A stretch of DNA of 64,000 nucleotides from Octopus bimaculoides (taxonomy: Eukaryota): the NCBI RefSeq assembly GCF_001194135.2, contig NC_068997.1, positions 8,939,749 to 9,003,748 of the forward strand, in the 5' to 3' direction. Of this stretch, positions 60,901 through 64,000 are shown piece by piece. Within the stretch, counting starts at the first letter, position 1. Each line of letters starts with the position of its first letter. A program made the translations under genes and the position numbers. The notes beneath the pieces are model-generated. The model did not search any database. It saw nothing but the letters and a program-made list of their open reading frames with translations, and was not told the DNA's origin.

Positions 60901-62076
60901 AAGATCTGCATTCTGGCTGTTTATAAGTTTCAGAAAGTGTATTTATGATGAATTTTCAGAATATTTTAATGAGAATTTAGAAGCTTGCGATAGAATGTGA
61001 AATAATTATTTTTGCTCTTATTGCAGACTGTGAGACCAGACTGTTTATTATGTACAACTGAAAAAGCCTATCATCTTCATTTCACAAAGAATGAAATAAA
61101 TTTATATCCATTGATATAATTGATGTTATAATGACAAAACCAAAATGCCGACAATAAGAAAAGAATAAAATATCTTTTAACATTAAAGCTTTCTTAGTCG
61201 AACATTCACTCTTGAGTTGAACTGACTTAAAACTTATGATTGCTCTATCACCACATAGCTAGCAAAGTAAACAGGTCAATGTAACTTTGAACTTTTGATT
61301 TATTGCTCTTATAGTCCACTATCTTCTGCACATCAGCATGACTTTCAAAGGAGATAATCAAAAGGAAAAATACATAAATACTAGCTGACCATGTACTGTC
61401 AATAATGACAGCTAATATATATAAATAAGGTACATAATAATCATACATACAAACATTCACATACTTCCCTTGTACACACACACACACACACACACAGAGT
61501 TGAAACGCTCAATTTTTTTCACCCTTTCTTTCCTTATTCATCTATCACCCCTTCCTATCTCTCATTGCTATTACTTTCTCTCACTTCCTCTCAGTCAGGG
61601 CTATTACTCTCACTACTTCTCCTTCACTGAATTACTGTTTTCTCTACTCCTCTGCATCCAGTGTGATTCTGGGCAAATATATATATATATGTATATTTAT
61701 ATATATGTATATACAAATATATAAAAACACTACGCTCATTATTATTTTAGGAGATAACAGCAAACACTGGTAGTACAATGGCGTTTAGTTACCACTAACA
61801 CACTGCAGACATTGTACATCCAAGGTGCATTGCTGAAATCAAGCACCTATGTACATCTGTGGGGACACTGCTGACAAACAATAGAAACCAATGGAAAGAT
61901 TTTAAAAAGAGGGCTTTAAGTTACCTCAAGAAACTGGAAAGCTTTATTCCATGCTGAATTAGCAGCTGGTCCACTACGCAAACCTCCACAATCCTTGGCC
62001 ATAGTTGCTAACAAATCAGCTATGTTAGCCAATGTTCGGGCTGCAATCCCAGGAGTTTCCTGACAGTTTATGGCAA
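47239..62076 (-). CDS. FCSK: L-fucose kinase (GHMP kinase family), partial: 9 consecutive exons, 1137 nt
   Basis: complement join(61925-62076,59687-59833,59261-59422,57971-58005,57173-57261,56157-56294,52096-52190,49335-49553,47239-47338). All GT-AG and in phase. Motifs [65 protein letters not shown] and VLREWYAR match fucokinase as recalled. The 5' and 3' exons are not visible. Confidence 0.93.
49335..49553 (-). CDS. FCSK: FCSK exon ([20 protein letters not shown] ... [13 protein letters not shown])
   Basis: polypyrimidine tract plus AG; non-consensus GTTGTG donor. Confidence 0.93.
51642..51996 (+). repeat. SINE-internal minisatellite, 6 units of about 51-67 bp
   Basis: unit aatggtgctttttacgtgcca..gccagtcaggtggcactggcatcgac..; follows the reverse complement of the GGAAGGGCATCCAGCTG SINE core. 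Confidence 0.85.
52096..52190 (-). CDS. FCSK: FCSK exon ([32 protein letters not shown])
   Basis: completes the GHMP ATP-binding loop PxGSGLGTSS; GTGAGG donor. Confidence 0.93.
52294..53307. mobile_element. Nested TTAA MITE A containing MITE B (52361-52574) and MITE C, which itself contains a SINE
   Basis: The outer-element sequence resumes after each TTAA-bounded insert; B aligns by eye with 7654-7876. Confidence 0.7.
56157..56294 (-). CDS. FCSK: FCSK exon (GALIKAAF ... [15 protein letters not shown])
   Basis: tttacag acceptor, GTAAGT donor. Confidence 0.93.
57173..57261 (-). CDS. FCSK: FCSK exon ([29 protein letters not shown])
   Basis: AG/GT; LxDYxxPHA motif. Confidence 0.88.
57866..57920 (+). 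repeat. (CA)n microsatellite, read as (UG)n in FCSK pre-mRNA
   Basis: about 27 units, 50 nt from the microexon donor. Confidence 0.95.
57971..58005 (-). CDS. FCSK: FCSK 35-nt microexon ([11 protein letters not shown])
   Basis: tatag acceptor and GTAAGT donor. It restores the phase 0-to-2 link and matches vertebrate RPIGARARRI as recalled. Confidence 0.88.
59261..59422 (-). CDS. FCSK: FCSK exon ([26 protein letters not shown])
   Basis: GHMP motif 1; GTAAGG donor. Confidence 0.95.
59687..59833 (-). CDS. FCSK: FCSK exon ([49 protein letters not shown])
   Basis: The phase-0 donor (59685-59686) was chosen because the next exon starts in phase 0. Confidence 0.9.
61925..62076 (-). CDS. FCSK: FCSK exon ([23 protein letters not shown] ... 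[20 protein letters not shown])
   Basis: AG acceptor at 62077-62078, GT donor at 61923-61924. Confidence 0.93.
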
Positions 62077-63838
62077 CTGAAAATAAACAACAACACATGC
62101 ATATATATATAACATATATACATACATATATGTACAAACACACACACCTTGTTAGCCTTTCAACACCTAAAATAAAGCCATGTCCCTTTCAACAACATTC
62201 CCTCTTACTTGTGGGTGTTGCCTAGCGAGTTACTTGAAAGAAAGCACCCTGTACACACTGTGAAGTGGTTGATGTTAGGAAGGGTATCCAGCCATAGAAA
62301 TTATGCTAAAGCAGACATTTGACTTGATGGATCCTGTCACACCAACCCATGCCAGTGATTCTTGATGGATCCTGTCACACCATTCAACCCATTCCAGCAT
62401 GAAAGAAGGATATGAAGACATGATGATGATATAGATAGAAAAAAATTAAATTAAAATGTTCAGTGATTCTTGATGGATTATTGAGCTGCAACGAAATACT
62501 TCTTTCCATATAGTATGTTGAAGGTAAGTCCACTTAGCAGAATTTCTTATTTCTAGGCTTCTGACTCACTCAAATTTGCAAGTGTGAGGCTTGAGCTAAC
62601 AGAACCTGCGTTACAGATTAGGTTCCTAAGGAGCTTACAACTAATCTATGATGGTTGGATAACTGACAGCATTATTAATAAATATAGAATGTTATAAGAA
62701 TTCAAATCAGTATATTAATGACACAATATTATGTAATTGTGTACAGCCATATTGATCACATTCATGTAGAGGAAGACCTTTCACTGCAGAAATAGACATG
62801 GCACAAATTCTCCTCACAGACACAAGGCTATGGATGGCATCAGCTGATTGTAGGGTTGCATGCATTTCTGTATCATTGCACACTGTCAGCTATGAATATT
62901 AAATTCTTGTTTTAACAGCCCTATAAAAATGATAGTGCTAATCTACAAGAACAGTAAATAGTACATTTACTGAGGTGCATGAAGCATGGTCATGGAATTA
63001 GATAACTAGAGTTGCATAAAGTAGCATTGAATAGAATGTAATCATGTTATGTATAACCATATTTAGCAAGTTCATGTTTCCATCTTAAATACAAGGTTAA
63101 TATTCATAAAAGAAGAACACAAATTTATCAAATTATTCCACTATAGTTGTGTTAATCCCAAAGATAAGCTGACAGGATTTGAGTTCAAAATATCAAAATA
63201 TTTAGTTTATTGTCCTCATTTCTGCCATCTAATTTCTCTGAACTTTGAGATGTTTTGTTGATATTTCATGTTCCTCCAATTTTGTTGTCTTTTTTCCCCA
63301 TAAGGAGACAACAATTGAAGGCTTGGATGAGCTCTAAAGATTCTTTCTGAACAATATTATTTGTATCTACCAATTGTTGTAGAATTGATATTTCAAATGT
63401 GAATGTGCATGTATGTTTATATATCATTATTTTGTATTTATTTTATATTATATATATAGATATATCATTGCTTTAATGACCACTTTTCCAGGTTTGAATG
63501 GCTTGGATGGAGTTTGAGACAGATTTCCCCATGGCCAGTTATGTTTTTGCAGAATATTGAAAATTAAGGACACTGCTTGTATAACAGTGACACTCACAAC
63601 TATCCGGCTGTATCTGGTCAAAGAGACACAAACATAAACACATGCACACAGAGGCTTCTTTCAGTTTCTGTCAACTGAATCCTCTCCCAAGACATTGACT
63701 GGCCCAGGGCTATAGGAGATACTTGCCCAAGGTGCTGTGTAATGAGACTGAACCTGAAGCCATGTGGTGGCAAAGCAAGCTTAACTATGTCATCATGCCT
63801 GCCCCTCCCCTCTCTCTTGATTGATCAATAGACAGATA

Positions 63839-63887
<49 letters not shown>

Positions 63888-64000
63888 CGTGTGTGTGTAA
63901 AAGTTGTTTTCTTTTTATATCAAATAATAGATCTTATCCATGCATAAACTGAACAGGATTAAGAAATATTTGTTTCTGCATCTTGATAATTTAAATGTTA

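Noticed and set aside
62079-64000. Upstream FCSK exon
   Set aside because: No - strand frame with fucokinase similarity and correct phase was found; the exon is presumably beyond the window.

Overview
AT-rich, microsatellite- and SINE-dense animal genomic DNA with eight N gaps. The repeat families look like those of an octopus or other coleoid cephalopod; this is an inference from recalled repeat types, not a database result. Two convergent intron-containing genes were reconstructed by hand. (1) A complete 10-exon DNAJA2-like Hsp40 on + (CDS 14782-40462, 404 aa, HPD motif, four zinc-finger repeats, CAHQ CaaX end) with a 16.7 kb first intron. (2) Nine consecutive internal exons of L-fucose kinase (FCSK/FUK) on - (62076-47239); its 5' part lies beyond the window and its last exons are probably in the 685-N gap at 45372-46056. 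The rest is a layered transposon landscape: several tRNA-type SINE families, RTE, CR1 and R4/Dong LINE relics, mariner, Merlin, Helitron and possibly piggyBac relics, TA-, TTAA- and 8-bp-TSD MITEs, and an LTR-like insert. The most interesting observations are a second CRE+ETS promoter-like module inside DNAJA2 intron 1, a decayed Penelope-type minimal hammerhead ribozyme, two independent MITE insertions into the same TTAA of a sister MITE, heat-shock elements upstream of DNAJA2, non-consensus J-domain and zinc-finger residues, and a 35-nt FCSK microexon next to a (UG)n tract. I found no CRISPR array, rRNA or tRNA gene, and no clearly new biological system.
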